From contig JAZAGZ010000123.1 of assembly GCA_036231525.1 (NCBI GenBank), positions 1-58,150 of the forward strand: a stretch of 58,150 bases of DNA, read 5' to 3'. Positions 10,035-20,526 of the stretch are shown in pieces. The notes beneath the pieces are model-generated. The model did no database searches and was not told the DNA's origin. It saw nothing but the letters and a program-made list of their open reading frames with translations. Position 1 is the stretch's first letter. The number at the start of each line of letters is the position of its first letter. A program made the translations under genes and the position numbers. The stretch comes from Pseudomonadota bacterium (GTDB taxonomy: Bacteria; Pseudomonadota; Gammaproteobacteria; Steroidobacterales; Rariloculaceae).

Positions 10035-11339
10035 ATGTCTATGACGCCCAGAGAGATCGTCCAGGAATTGGACAAACACATCGTCGGGCAGGATGAAGCC
10101 AAGCGAGCTGTCGCGATTGCGTTGCGCAATCGCTGGCGACGGTCTCAGGTCGACGAACCCCTCGGTAGTGAGATTACCCCCAAAAATATTCTGATGATCG
10201 GTCCGACCGGCGTTGGTAAGACGGAGATATCTCGACGGCTCGCCCGACTTGCTAGAGCCCCCTTTATTAAGGTGGAGGCAACCAAGTTCACGGAAGTTGG
10301 TTACGTGGGGCGGGAGGTGGACTCAATCATTCGCGACCTCTGTGACATGGCCGTCAAAATGGTCCGCGAGGATGCAATCTCAAAGGTTAGTCACCGAGCC
10401 CAGGACTCGGCTGAGGATCGTTTATTAGACACTTTGTTGCCCGGTTCGCAGTCCGATGATGATAGTGATACTCGGCAGCGTTTCAGAAAGATGCTCCGAG
10501 AAGGTGAGTTGGATCATCGTGAGATTGAGATTGAAGTGCAGGCGCCAGGTGTCGGTGTGGAGATTATGGCGCCACCCGGTATGGAGGAAATGACCAACCA
10601 GTTGCAGGGATTATTCCAAAACCTCTCCACTGGACGCCGGAATGTGAGAAAGTTAAAAGTACGCGATGCGCTGAAAATCCTGGCGGATGAGGAAGCGGCA
10701 GGAATGATCAATGAGGAAGAAATCAAGCTGCAGGCACTGACCGCAGTGGAGCAAGATGGCATCGTATTTATCGATGAGATTGATAAAGTGGCTCGCCGTT
10801 CTGACACTATGGGCGCCGATGTCTCAAGAGAGGGCGTTCAGAGAGATCTTTTGCCGTTAGTCGAAGGTTGTACGGTGAGCACACGCTACGGCATGATCCG
10901 GACAGATCATATCCTTTTCATTGCATCCGGGGCTTTTAATGTTGCTAAACCCTCGGATCTTATTCCCGAATTGCAAGGACGTTTCCCCATACGTGTAGAA
11001 CTGGATGCATTAGGTACGGACGATTTCGTACGCATTTTAACTGAACCCGACGCATCACTAACGGAGCAATATGCGGCCTTGATGGCGACTGAGAGGGTCA
11101 ATCTTGAATTTAATGCCTCAGGGGTTAAAAGGATTGCGGAGGTTGCTTTTCATGTGAATGAGCGCACTGAAAATATCGGTGCAAGACGCTTGCACACAGT
11201 TCTGGAAAGGTTGCTGGAATCCGTTTCTTTCGAGGCGTCAGATAGAGGAGGGCAAGATACGACTGTGGACGCGGATTACGTCAATGAGCATCTGGGACAA
11301 CTCGTCCAAGACGAAGACCTAACTCGGTACATACTTTGA
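10035..11339 (+). CDS. hslU: ATP-dependent protease ATPase subunit HslU
   Basis: [30 protein letters not shown] pore loop, [16 protein letters not shown]-terminal DLTRYIL. Confidence 0.98.
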   Translation: MSMTPREIVQELDKHIVGQDEAKRAVAIALRNRWRRSQVDEPLGSEITPKNILMIGPTGVGKTEISRRLARLARAPFIKVEATKFTEVGYVGREVDSIIRDLCDMAVKMVREDAISKVSHRAQDSAEDRLLDTLLPGSQSDDDSDTRQRFRKMLREGELDHREIEIEVQAPGVGVEIMAPPGMEEMTNQLQGLFQNLSTGRRNVRKLKVRDALKILADEEAAGMINEEEIKLQALTAVEQDGIVFIDEIDKVARRSDTMGADVSREGVQRDLLPLVEGCTVSTRYGMIRTDHILFIASGAFNVAKPSDLIPELQGRFPIRVELDALGTDDFVRILTEPDASLTEQYAALMATERVNLEFNASGVKRIAEVAFHVNERTENIGARRLHTVLERLLESVSFEASDRGGQDTTVDADYVNEHLGQLVQDEDLTRYIL

Positions 11340-11743
11340 GTGAGAGCGAACTGAAACCAGATCCTTATCCAACGGAACTGAAGCTTCGTAAACGCTCGCA
11401 TCAATTGTGGGCGAAATTTTCTGATGGCACACACTTTGAGTTTTCCGCCGAATACCTGAGGGTGCACTCACCCTCGGCAGAGGTTCAGGGACATGGTTCA
11501 GGAGAAAGCGTGTTGGTGTTCGATAAGGAGGATGTAAACATCGACCGAATCGAACCTATCGGGCGCTATGCTGTGAGGTTGGTCTTTGATGATGGGCATG
11601 ATACGGGGCTCTATACGTGGCCAACACTCTACAAGCTAGGTGTTGGGTACGAAGCTAATTGGCAGCGGTATCTCGAGCGCTTGAATAAGGCAGGCCATCA
11701 AAGATCGGCGGAAACGGATGGCAGAAAACCAGAAAGACTCTGA
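11336..11743 (+). CDS. DUF971 / GBBH-like N-terminal domain protein
   Basis: [36 protein letters not shown]; hslU-DUF971-ubiE synteny. Confidence 0.92.
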   Translation: MSESELKPDPYPTELKLRKRSHQLWAKFSDGTHFEFSAEYLRVHSPSAEVQGHGSGESVLVFDKEDVNIDRIEPIGRYAVRLVFDDGHDTGLYTWPTLYKLGVGYEANWQRYLERLNKAGHQRSAETDGRKPERL

Positions 11744-12482
11744 AGAACTCACTGATTTCGGTTTCGAGCGTATCCCTCGGGCTGAAAAGCAATACCGTGT
11801 GAGGGATGTATTTGATTCCGTCTCAGGTCGTTACGATTTGATGAATGATCTGATGTCTCTGGGGTTACATCGAGCATGGAAAAGATTTGCACTATCCAAA
11901 ACAGCCTTGCAACTTGGGGGATCAGCGCTTGATGTTGCTGCGGGGAGTGGCGACCTTAGCGAAGGTATGGCGCGGCAGGTAGGTTCCACCGGAAGGGTTG
12001 TTGTGACGGACATCAATTTCAGCATGCTAGATAAGGGACGCGCGCGGCTAATCGACTCTGGTTTGGTGAGAAATGTTGCTTACCTGCAAGCCGATGCAGA
12101 AAAGTTGCCTTTGGATACTCCTTTATTCGATTGCATTACTATTGGGTTCGGACTGAGAAACGTAACAGACAAAATTGCTGCGCTCGGTGCTATGTATAAA
12201 GTGCTTAGGCCGGGGGGGCGGTTGTTAATTCTTGAGTTTTCGAAACCCAAATTGGGCCCGCTTGGGTCTGCGTACGATTTCTACAGTTTCCAAGTCTTGC
12301 CAAGACTCGGGCGTCTGATTGTGGGTGACGCCGACAGCTATCGTTATCTAGCAGAATCTATCCGCGTTCATCCTGATCAAGACGCATTAAAGACGATGAT
12401 GGTTACTCAGGGATTTGAGCGATGCGAGTATTACAATCTGTCCGGTGGAATTGTTTCCTTGCACATCGGATTTAAGCTGTAG
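11718..12482 (+). CDS. ubiE: Ubiquinone/menaquinone C-methyltransferase UbiE
   Basis: YDLMNDLMSLGLHR.WK, LDVAAGSGD, FGLRNVT, YRYLAESIR. Confidence 0.97.
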   Translation: MAENQKDSEELTDFGFERIPRAEKQYRVRDVFDSVSGRYDLMNDLMSLGLHRAWKRFALSKTALQLGGSALDVAAGSGDLSEGMARQVGSTGRVVVTDINFSMLDKGRARLIDSGLVRNVAYLQADAEKLPLDTPLFDCITIGFGLRNVTDKIAALGAMYKVLRPGGRLLILEFSKPKLGPLGSAYDFYSFQVLPRLGRLIVGDADSYRYLAESIRVHPDQDALKTMMVTQGFERCEYYNLSGGIVSLHIGFKL

Positions 12483-12489
12483 TCAAATT

Positions 12490-13128
12490 ATGACAAAACA
12501 ATCGATAGCTGCGATAGAGAGTTTGCTGAACCAGCACATTCAGAAATCTTCAACTGCACAGGATCGGTTGTTTGCGTTAGCAGGCCGAAGCCTGGCTATA
12601 AATATTCGGAATTTCGACATCAAGTTGCAGTTGGACGCCGAACAAACCCGCCTCGAAGTTAGCATGATTAGTGATGATTCAATTGTCGCGACAACTGCCA
12701 CAATCTCCGGAACACCTTTAACATTGCTGAGTCTCCTGAATGTATCGACTTTGGCAGATTTCAGAGCAGCAGGGGTTGAGTTCAGTGGTGATATCCAAAC
12801 TGCTGAAGCGTTCGCTGAGTTATTGCGCTTTGCGCGGCCAGATTTAGAAGAAGAACTGTCCCATCTGGTAGGGGACATTGTGGCTCATAAAATGGCGCGA
12901 TCTGTACGACGCGTGAAAGGATGGGGTACCCGCGCCATAGATGCACTCACCATGGATACATCGGAATTTCTCCAGGAGGAAATACGTCAATTACCTCCAC
13001 GAGTTGAGGTTGAGAGCTTCAGTCGAGAGGTTGAACGTCTTCGGGAGGATACTGACAGGACAGTTCAACGGGTGGATAAGTTTCTCAAGGACACCAACGG
13101 CAGGGCAACATGGGACGGCTCAGACTAG
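12490..13128 (+). CDS. ubiJ: Ubiquinone biosynthesis accessory factor UbiJ (SCP2 domain)
   Basis: Between ubiE and ubiB; SGD..., PDLEEELSHLVGDIVAH, EFLQEE; start refined to ATG 12490. Confidence 0.9.
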   Translation: MTKQSIAAIESLLNQHIQKSSTAQDRLFALAGRSLAINIRNFDIKLQLDAEQTRLEVSMISDDSIVATTATISGTPLTLLSLLNVSTLADFRAAGVEFSGDIQTAEAFAELLRFARPDLEEELSHLVGDIVAHKMARSVRRVKGWGTRAIDALTMDTSEFLQEEIRQLPPRVEVESFSREVERLREDTDRTVQRVDKFLKDTNGRATWDGSD

Positions 13129-14732
13129 TCCTAAGGCTGATTGCTATTCAGCGAACGCTAATCCGGTACGGTCTTGACGAGATTGTTCCGGCGACGCATT
13201 TGTTTCGCCCTGTTGGTTGGGTTTTTCACCTGATTCGTGTTCGATCACGTCGTGGGCCCTTAGGCACAAGAATTCGTGAGGCATTAGAAGAACTCGGACC
13301 TATTTTTGTGAAGTTTGGTCAGGCGGTTTCAACGCGACGGGATCTTTTGCCGACGGATATTGCCGACGAGCTAGCCAAGTTGCAGGATCAGGTACCACCC
13401 TTTTCTTCCGAAGAGGCGCTGCAAATCCTTGCTGACGCGTTTGGCAAACAAGCAAATGAGCTTTTTGCCGACTTCCAGCAAGAGCCCTTGGCTGCCGCTT
13501 CGGTCGCACAGGTTCACTGTGCAAAACTCCACAGCGGAGAAAGTGTGGTTGTAAAGATTCTGAGACCGCAAGTTCGAGAGTTGATTGAGCGGGATCTGAC
13601 CGTGCTTTACGCTATCGCGAAACTCGCTACACGGTACTGGTCAGACGGGCAACGCCTGAGGCCAGTAGAGGTTGTGAGTGAATTTGAGAAAACCCTTCTA
13701 AAAGAGCTTGATCTGACACGTGAAGCCGCTAACGCTGCTCAGCTAAAACGTAATTTTGAAGGCTCGGACATGCTCTACGTACCCGAGGTTTATTGGGATT
13801 ACTGTCGATCCAACGTCCTTACCATGGAACGCATATCTGCAATCCCCATCAGTGATATCGAAGGGCTGAAGTCTGCTGGGACCAACATCCGGCGTCTTGC
13901 TGAGAATGGAGTTGTAATTTTCTTTACGCAGGTTTTTCGACACAACCTTTTTCATGCTGATATGCATCCCGGAAATATTTTCGTCGACGTGTCGAATCCA
14001 GAACAACCTCGATATGTAGCAGTGGATTTTGGAATTGTAGGCAGCCTAAGTTCGCGAGATCAGCATTATCTCGCTGGAAATTTTCTCGCATTTTTCAAAC
14101 GAGACTATCAGCGTGTCGCACGGCTTCATTTGGACTCTGGCTGGGTCCCCGCAGATACGCAGATAATAGAACTGGAAGCCGCGATTCGCGCTGTGTGTGA
14201 GCCTATCTTCAACAAGCCGTTGAAAGATATTTCATTTGGTATGGTGTTGCTGAGGCTCTTTGATACGGCTCGTCAGTTTGACATGGAGGTACAGCCACAA
14301 CTCGTGTTACTACAGAAAACCCTGCTAAATATCGAGGGGCTCGGGAGGCAGCTGTACCCAGAGCTTGATCTATGGGCAACGGCGCAGCCCGTTTTACAGG
14401 AGTGGATGCAGCAACGGACCGACCCACGAGAGCATTTGAAGCGCCTGCTAAATAACTGGCCTCAGATAAGTGAGGATCTAATGTTGTTACCAGATGCGCT
14501 CTACCAGTTCGTGCGTAAGGTACTGGAGGCAGCGGACGAGGAGAATTCTCCAAAGCCTGAACTTAAAAAATTGCCAGTTCGACAAGCTCCTGTTGTGAGT
14601 AGTGAACTCGTAGTGGGAGCTGTGCTTCTACTAGCTGGAGTGTTGTGGATTGGGCTTGAAGCAACACCTGCCTGGTTTGGGTGGCTCCCTGTCGCGGCGG
14701 GCCTAATTTTTACGTTTCGAGCTAGTCGCTGA
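13110..14732 (+). CDS. ubiB: Ubiquinone biosynthesis kinase-like protein UbiB
   Basis: LGPIFVKFGQ, AAASVAQVH, FHADMHPGN, DFGIVG, QPQLVLLQKTL. Confidence 0.97.
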   Translation: MGRLRLVLRLIAIQRTLIRYGLDEIVPATHLFRPVGWVFHLIRVRSRRGPLGTRIREALEELGPIFVKFGQAVSTRRDLLPTDIADELAKLQDQVPPFSSEEALQILADAFGKQANELFADFQQEPLAAASVAQVHCAKLHSGESVVVKILRPQVRELIERDLTVLYAIAKLATRYWSDGQRLRPVEVVSEFEKTLLKELDLTREAANAAQLKRNFEGSDMLYVPEVYWDYCRSNVLTMERISAIPISDIEGLKSAGTNIRRLAENGVVIFFTQVFRHNLFHADMHPGNIFVDVSNPEQPRYVAVDFGIVGSLSSRDQHYLAGNFLAFFKRDYQRVARLHLDSGWVPADTQIIELEAAIRAVCEPIFNKPLKDISFGMVLLRLFDTARQFDMEVQPQLVLLQKTLLNIEGLGRQLYPELDLWATAQPVLQEWMQQRTDPREHLKRLLNNWPQISEDLMLLPDALYQFVRKVLEAADEENSPKPELKKLPVRQAPVVSSELVVGAVLLLAGVLWIGLEATPAWFGWLPVAAGLIFTFRASR

Positions 14733-14743
14733 CGCGGAATTCA

Positions 14744-15949
14744 GTGAGCGATCACAAAGAATTGCCTTTAGGCGAGTTCGTCTCGCTTATGGCTATGCTT
14801 ACGTCTCTAGTTGCGCTGTCAATCGATGCCATGCTTCCAGCATTGTCCGATATTGGTAGGGAACTTGGTGTACAGCGACAGAATGACAACCAGTTAATCA
14901 TCTCCGCATTGTTTCTGGGTGTCGCATTAGGGCAATTAGTTTATGGTCCGTTATCTGATCGAATTGGCCGCAAACCTGGGATCTATGCGGGTCTCACCCT
15001 ATTTATCCTAGGGTGCCTTCTCTCGAGTATCTCCTGGAATTATTCTGTCATGCTCTGTGGTCGTTTTCTTCAGGGATTCGGTGCTGCTGGGCCTCGTATC
15101 ATAACTATGGCTTTGATACGAGATCGTTGCAAAGGGCGCGCGATGGCTAGAATTACGTCATTCGTAGTTACCATTTTTGTGATTGTTCCAACAGTTGCGC
15201 CGGCCTTGGGACAAGCAGTTTTGTTGGTTGCGCACTGGCGGATGATTTTTGGGCTCCTGCTTGCGCTTTCGATAATTACATTCGTTTGGTTCGGCATACG
15301 TCAACCTGAGAGCCTGCCACCTAGTCGTCGCACCCCACTCGCACTAGGGACAATGACTAAGGCTGTAAAGGAGGTGTGTTTTAACCGCACTGCTTTGGGA
15401 TACGCCTTGGCTGCCGGGCTCGTCTTCGGGGCATTCCTGGGCTACTTGAATTCGGCGCAGCAGATATTTCAGATCCAGTTCGATCTAGGAGGGCTGTTCC
15501 CCATTTATTTTGGTGTACTTTCAGCCTCTTTTGGAGCTGCCTCCTATACAAATGCACGCTTGGTCATGCGATATGGTATGCGTACTCTTTCGTGGCGAAG
15601 TCTGCAAGCGCTGTGCGTTCTGTCTGCGGTCTTTTTTACATTTTCAGTAATGATCCAAGGTCAACCACCGCTTTGGACAGTGATGTTATGGGGCGCCACC
15701 ACTTTTTTCTGTCTAGGTATGGTCTTTGGGAACTTCAACGCGATGGCTATGGAGCCGTTCGGTCAACGGACGGGGCTAGCCGCCGCTATCATTGGATCGT
15801 TTACGACCCTTACTGCGGGTGCGCTCGGAGGGCTTATTGGTCAGCTGTACGATGGCACAGTACTACCGCTGATTGGAGGGTTCGCTGTCCTTGGGGCAGG
15901 GGCGCTTGGTGCTATGTACTGGACTGAATTGGTTCCTCAAGGACGTTAG
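14744..15949 (+). CDS. Bcr/CflA family multidrug-efflux MFS transporter
   Basis: SIDAMLPAL, GQLVYGPLSDRIGRKP (MFS motif A), about 12 TM segments. Confidence 0.9.
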   Translation: MSDHKELPLGEFVSLMAMLTSLVALSIDAMLPALSDIGRELGVQRQNDNQLIISALFLGVALGQLVYGPLSDRIGRKPGIYAGLTLFILGCLLSSISWNYSVMLCGRFLQGFGAAGPRIITMALIRDRCKGRAMARITSFVVTIFVIVPTVAPALGQAVLLVAHWRMIFGLLLALSIITFVWFGIRQPESLPPSRRTPLALGTMTKAVKEVCFNRTALGYALAAGLVFGAFLGYLNSAQQIFQIQFDLGGLFPIYFGVLSASFGAASYTNARLVMRYGMRTLSWRSLQALCVLSAVFFTFSVMIQGQPPLWTVMLWGATTFFCLGMVFGNFNAMAMEPFGQRTGLAAAIIGSFTTLTAGALGGLIGQLYDGTVLPLIGGFAVLGAGALGAMYWTELVPQGR

Positions 15950-16698
15950 CTGGGTTCGCCAACACTCGACTCATCGCCCAAATTTCTCATGGTAGCTACA
16001 ACAAGCCTAATCACTTTTTCGACAACAGACTCGTCCATACCGCGCACGACTAGATTGGCTCCGTAGCAGCCATCTCGAAAGAAAGGATAGCTGCCTATTT
16101 CGATTGCCGGGTGTTTCAGGGCAAGGTCTTCTAAGGGTTGGGCGATATCCCCTTCGGGCAAGAATACGTCGACGCTTCTGGAGTGAATGGATCCGCCAAC
16201 CCCTAGATCGTCTGCAAAGGTAGAGAACATGGCTCGTGCTACGCTTGGGACTCCGGCTAGGACGAACACATTTTCAACCCTAAATCCTGGGGCATTACTT
16301 AAAGAGTTATCGATTAGACTGGCTCCCTCCGGTACATGAGCCATCTTAAGTCTTGCCGGGTTGAGTTCGCGTCCACTGCGACTCAGACACGTGACCGCAT
16401 CCTTGTCTAGTACCAGATGGCGATTAAAGGCTGCGGCGATGCACTCCGCCGTGATGTCATCATGAGTGGGACCAATGCCGCCCGTAGTGATCACGTAGGT
16501 ATATTTCGCCCTGCATTCATTGAGTGCGCTAATAATCTCGGCTTTATCATCGGGCAATACGCGTGCTTCTGCCAAGCGAACGCCACGCTGTGCGAGTTCA
16601 GAGCCAAGAAATCCAAGGTTTGTATCTTGCGTCTTACCGGACAATATTTCATTGCCGATGATTAGAACACACGCTGTATTTGGCGAATCATTACTCAT
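15946..16698 (-). CDS. CinA-like molybdopterin-binding domain protein (COG1058)
   Basis: IIGNEILSGKTQDTN, TTGGIGPTHDDIT, IGSYPF; no C-terminal PncC domain. Confidence 0.9.
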   Translation of the reverse strand: MSNDSPNTACVLIIGNEILSGKTQDTNLGFLGSELAQRGVRLAEARVLPDDKAEIISALNECRAKYTYVITTGGIGPTHDDITAECIAAAFNRHLVLDKDAVTCLSRSGRELNPARLKMAHVPEGASLIDNSLSNAPGFRVENVFVLAGVPSVARAMFSTFADDLGVGGSIHSRSVDVFLPEGDIAQPLEDLALKHPAIEIGSYPFFRDGCYGANLVVRGMDESVVEKVIRLVVATMRNLGDESSVGEPS

Positions 16699-16733
16699 AT
16701 GAATTCATTTGTTGTCTGTTGAAAAAGGCATTC

Positions 16734-17051
16734 TCACCCGACCGGGATGTCGGTACTACCGCACTGCCAGCAGAGTGCAAACTGTCCCTCATTACTTTCT
16801 CCACACAGAGTACACTGCCATTCTTCACCTTCTACTGAAGTATTTTTTGTAGCCTCTAGCACAGCCTCGGCGCGCGCTAGATCTTCATCTCGTGTCACCC
16901 ATAGTTCTGGTAGGCAGTCGAGAAAGGGGATTTCACCCAATCCTCCAGAAAGCTGATCATTTCTTATCAAACAAGTAATCCCGGATTGCTCAAGAAGATT
17001 TTTTAAATGTCCAACATAAGCCAGTGACTCATGGGTGATTAGCCTCTTCAT
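16734..17051 (-). CDS. DUF2007 protein with C-terminal RanBP2-like zinc ribbon
   Basis: HLKNLLEQSGITCLIRN..L....GEIPF..C.PELWV; WQCTLCGESNEGQFALCWQC. Confidence 0.88.
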   Translation of the reverse strand: MKRLITHESLAYVGHLKNLLEQSGITCLIRNDQLSGGLGEIPFLDCLPELWVTRDEDLARAEAVLEATKNTSVEGEEWQCTLCGESNEGQFALCWQCGSTDIPVG

Positions 17052-17066
17052 AGGGAGTTGCTCGTC

Positions 17067-17828
17067 TCACAGACGCAATGCTTTAAGAAAAGCTGCCGCA
17101 CTCTCGCCCCTCTCTAAGGCTTCGACCAATGCTGAGCCAACGATAACGCCGTCGGTGTACTGGTTGATCAGTTTAACCTGTTCGCGTTCTCTAACCCCGA
17201 AGCCAGCACATACTGGTACTTGGGCCGCTGCTTTTACAGCGCCCAAATATTCTGCCAGCCCAATAGGCAGCCCAGCTTCCCCACCGGTAATGCCGGTGCG
17301 TGTTACGGCGTATACAAATCCTTGGCTCACTTTACACAGTTGTATAAGGCGTTCAGACGGTGTTGCTGGTGTAACGAGCTGCACGAGAGCCAAACCATGC
17401 GTATCCAGACAATCTTTCAAAGGAGCACTTTCCTCGTAGGGCAAGTCGGGAACGATGAAACCGCTCACGTGGGCCTCGTTTGCCCGTGCTGCTAATTTAT
17501 CAAAGCCAAACGCAAGCAATGGGTTCAAATAACTCATCAACAAAATCGGTGCCACGGGTTTGGTCTTTCTGGCAGCAAGCTGATCCAGTATCCAGCGCAA
17601 GCTGATACCTTTCTCGATCGCTGCTTGGCTTGAACGCTGGATCGTTACTCCATCCGCCATGGGATCTGTGAAAGGAACGCCTATTTCTACCGCATCAGCG
17701 ACATTCTCAATCTCTCCGAGGATCTGAAGAAAGTGTTCGGGTTCTGGATAACCCGCAGTTAAAAATGCTACGAGTGCTGATCCGTCTGCTTGCTTCAAGG
17801 CGTGGCTAAGTGCTTCATGCGGCCGCAT
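17067..17828 (-). CDS. trpA: Tryptophan synthase alpha chain
   Basis: FLTAGYP, EIGVPFTDPMADGVTIQ, YLNP, IVPDLP, GITG, GFGV; ATG 17828 with GAGGAGG RBS. Confidence 0.97.
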   Translation of the reverse strand: MRPHEALSHALKQADGSALVAFLTAGYPEPEHFLQILGEIENVADAVEIGVPFTDPMADGVTIQRSSQAAIEKGISLRWILDQLAARKTKPVAPILLMSYLNPLLAFGFDKLAARANEAHVSGFIVPDLPYEESAPLKDCLDTHGLALVQLVTPATPSERLIQLCKVSQGFVYAVTRTGITGGEAGLPIGLAEYLGAVKAAAQVPVCAGFGVREREQVKLINQYTDGVIVGSALVEALERGESAAAFLKALRL

Positions 17829-19083
17829 TAACAGCCTCCTCACCATCTCCGCGGGTTTCAACGGGGTATTGGCTCAGGATTGGCATGTCCTTGTCGCCAC
17901 GGCCAGAAAGCCCTATGAGAATCCTGGTACCCTGATTTGATGTAGCCCAGCGACGCGCCCCAGCAATAGCGTGAGCGGTTTCGAGTGCGGGCAAAATGCC
18001 TTCCAATGCGCAGCACTCAGCCAGAGCGTCCAACGCTTCCGAGTCGCTGGCAGTGACATACTCGACTCTGCCTATCATTTTTAACAAAGAATGCTCAGGA
18101 CCGACCCCTGGGTAATCCAGTCCTGCGGAGACTGAGTGTGTCTCCTGTATCTGGCCGTCATCATCGTAGAGCAACATGCTATGTGCACCATGTAACACAC
18201 CAGGACGCCCCGCGCTCAAGGTGGCGGAATGATCCCCCAGCGTCTCTCCTCGACCACCAGCCTCGACACCGAAAAGCTGTACGGCTTCATCTGCCAGAAA
18301 CGCATGAAATAAGCCGATAGCGTTTGATCCGCCACCAACGCATGCGAAAGCTGCGTCTGGGAGATCAGCATATTTTCTGATCTGTGTTCTCGCCTCGTGA
18401 CCGATCACCGCTTGAAGCTCACGAACCAAATAAGGATAAGGATGAGGGCCAACGGCGGAGCCCAATAGATAGTAAGTTTCGATCGGGTCGGAGACCCAAT
18501 CCCGGATAGCTTCATCAATGGCTGCTCGCAGCGTACAGTCGCCAGAGGTTACGGGTACCACAGTGGCTCCCAACCGCTTCATACGATCGACATTCGGTGA
18601 TTGGCGAGCGACATCAATTTCACCCATATAGACAACACATGGTAGGCCCACTCGCGCGCATGCTGCAGCGGACGCAACACCATGTTGACCTGCACCTGTC
18701 TCGGCGACTATTCGAGTTGCTCCGAGAGATTCAGCTAGCAGGGCCTGACCAATGGCGTTGTTGATTTTATGAGCACCAGTATGGGCTAGGTCCTCGCGCT
18801 TGAACCAGACTTCAGCACCCCACTCTTTGGAAAGTCTGGGTGCTGGTGTCAGGGCAGTTGGTCGTCCAACCCAGTCCCTCAACTCCGATCCCAGGCGGGT
18901 TTTGAACGCCTTTTCAGGAAGTAGTCGATACACCCCTTCGGTGAGACGATCGATTGCCGGCATCAATGTTTCTGGAACATAGCGTCCTCCAAAAGGCCCA
19001 AATCGCCCCTCGGCATCAGGAAGTTTGCCGTCCAGAAGTGCTTGGAGGAGTGTTCCATGCTGGGTTGCGTCATCTGGCGCCAT
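17815..19083 (-). CDS. trpB: Tryptophan synthase beta chain
   Basis: KREDLAHTGAHKINN (PLP Lys), AETGAGQHG, GGGSNAIG, SAGLDYPGVGP, LSGRGDKD; start refined to ATG 19083 with GGAG RBS. Confidence 0.97.
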   Translation of the reverse strand: MAPDDATQHGTLLQALLDGKLPDAEGRFGPFGGRYVPETLMPAIDRLTEGVYRLLPEKAFKTRLGSELRDWVGRPTALTPAPRLSKEWGAEVWFKREDLAHTGAHKINNAIGQALLAESLGATRIVAETGAGQHGVASAAACARVGLPCVVYMGEIDVARQSPNVDRMKRLGATVVPVTSGDCTLRAAIDEAIRDWVSDPIETYYLLGSAVGPHPYPYLVRELQAVIGHEARTQIRKYADLPDAAFACVGGGSNAIGLFHAFLADEAVQLFGVEAGGRGETLGDHSATLSAGRPGVLHGAHSMLLYDDDGQIQETHSVSAGLDYPGVGPEHSLLKMIGRVEYVTASDSEALDALAECCALEGILPALETAHAIAGARRWATSNQGTRILIGLSGRGDKDMPILSQYPVETRGDGEEAVNAAA

Positions 19084-19669
19084 CGTTATTCTCCATTGAC
19101 CGGACTTGGGCAATAAATCCTCTGATTTTCTTTTGATCTTTGATGCCTCTGGCGGACTCCACGCCACTGGATACATCAACGCCCCAAGGTTTCACGGATT
19201 GAACCGCTTTCACTATGTTGCTGCTATTCAGACCGCCCGCGAGGATTACTCGCGTTTTCGTTGCCATCCATGCGGCTTCCTGCCAGTCGGCTTTCTCACC
19301 ACTTCCACTATGAGAGCTTTCGAATAGCATACGTGCTGGCCACCTGTCTTCACTAAGGTTCAAGCGTGTTCGAAACACTGGTAAGGGTTTGCAATCTTCC
19401 AGATCAAGTTTGTTGAAATCCTCGGTATCGGTCTGCAACCAATCAGGCGCAAACAGGGTTCTGACCTTGGTCCATTCCTCCACGGTTGGATGATGCATAA
19501 CGGCAACCCTAATAACGTCATCTCGCAAATTGCGACAAAGGGCGTATGCCAAGTCCGGGCTCACCTGTCTCGGCGAGGGTGCGAACACAAAACCCAACGC
19601 GTTGGCGCCAGCTGCAACGGATGTCTCTACTGCTTCCGAGGTGCTTAGACCACAAATCTTTACGAACAC
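19070..19669 (-). CDS. trpF: Phosphoribosylanthranilate isomerase
   Basis: FVKICGL, LGFVF..SPR, ILAGGL, GVDVSSGVE. Confidence 0.95.
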   Translation of the reverse strand: MFVKICGLSTSEAVETSVAAGANALGFVFAPSPRQVSPDLAYALCRNLRDDVIRVAVMHHPTVEEWTKVRTLFAPDWLQTDTEDFNKLDLEDCKPLPVFRTRLNLSEDRWPARMLFESSHSGSGEKADWQEAAWMATKTRVILAGGLNSSNIVKAVQSVKPWGVDVSSGVESARGIKDQKKIRGFIAQVRSMENNDGAR

Positions 19670-20526
19670 GATACTTCCCTCACCGTCTTTACACCGGCGT
19701 TCTTCAGGGAAACTAGTTCGCGAGCTGCATCGGTTGAGCGCATCAGTGCTGATCCGATTAAGGCGGCGCGGTAACCCAACTTTGCAACGGTTACTACGTC
19801 AGATGGTTCTTTTATACCGCTTTCCGCAACTGCTGGGAGCCCCGGCGGCAAGTGGGTTGCAAGCTTTTGGAAACGATCAAAGTTGATTTCGAGACTCCTC
19901 AGATCTCTGCAGTTAACGCCGCACAAGACTGGAGCGGGAGAATGATCTGGTATTTTGAGTGAGCATATTCGCTCTAAATCTCTCTCATCAAATCCCTCCA
20001 GTAGAACGAACATTCCATATTCCATAGCGCTGTCAAGCAGTGCGGTAATTTGAGAGTCACTTAACATGGTGATGATTACCAGAACCCCGCTGGCGCCCGC
20101 TATTCGTGCCTCAAGGACTTGGTAAGGATCAGTCAAAAAATCTTTGCGCATTACTGGAATTCTGTGGTCTACGAGAGAAGCGGTTACTTCACCCAGGTCC
20201 TGTAGACTACCGTTGAATTCGTCCGGCTCCGTCAACACAGAAACCGCGTTAGCGCCACCTGATGCATATGCGGCGATTTGAGTGTCGCGGTCAAACTGTT
20301 TCCCCGTCAGCGCACCTCCAGCTGGCGAGCGCATCTTAAGCTCCGCAATAATGTTGAAGTCATCCAGAGCAAGCGGTGGTGGAGTTGGAGCTGCCAACGC
20401 TCGTTGCGCGAGTTGGCCCTCCGAATTCCGGGCACGTGCTTCCTTGACGCGCTTGCGGCTGGCCTGGGCCATTCGATCTAGGAAATAGCTGGTACTCGTT
20501 TTGTTCGTACCACCATGCTTCATCAC
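19660..20526 (-). CDS. trpC: Indole-3-glycerol-phosphate synthase
   Basis: IIAELKMRSP, SVLTEP..F.GS, MRKDF, GVNCRDL, VAESGI. Confidence 0.95.
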   Translation of the reverse strand: MMKHGGTNKTSTSYFLDRMAQASRKRVKEARARNSEGQLAQRALAAPTPPPLALDDFNIIAELKMRSPAGGALTGKQFDRDTQIAAYASGGANAVSVLTEPDEFNGSLQDLGEVTASLVDHRIPVMRKDFLTDPYQVLEARIAGASGVLVIITMLSDSQITALLDSAMEYGMFVLLEGFDERDLERICSLKIPDHSPAPVLCGVNCRDLRSLEINFDRFQKLATHLPPGLPAVAESGIKEPSDVVTVAKLGYRAALIGSALMRSTDAARELVSLKNAGVKTVREVSCS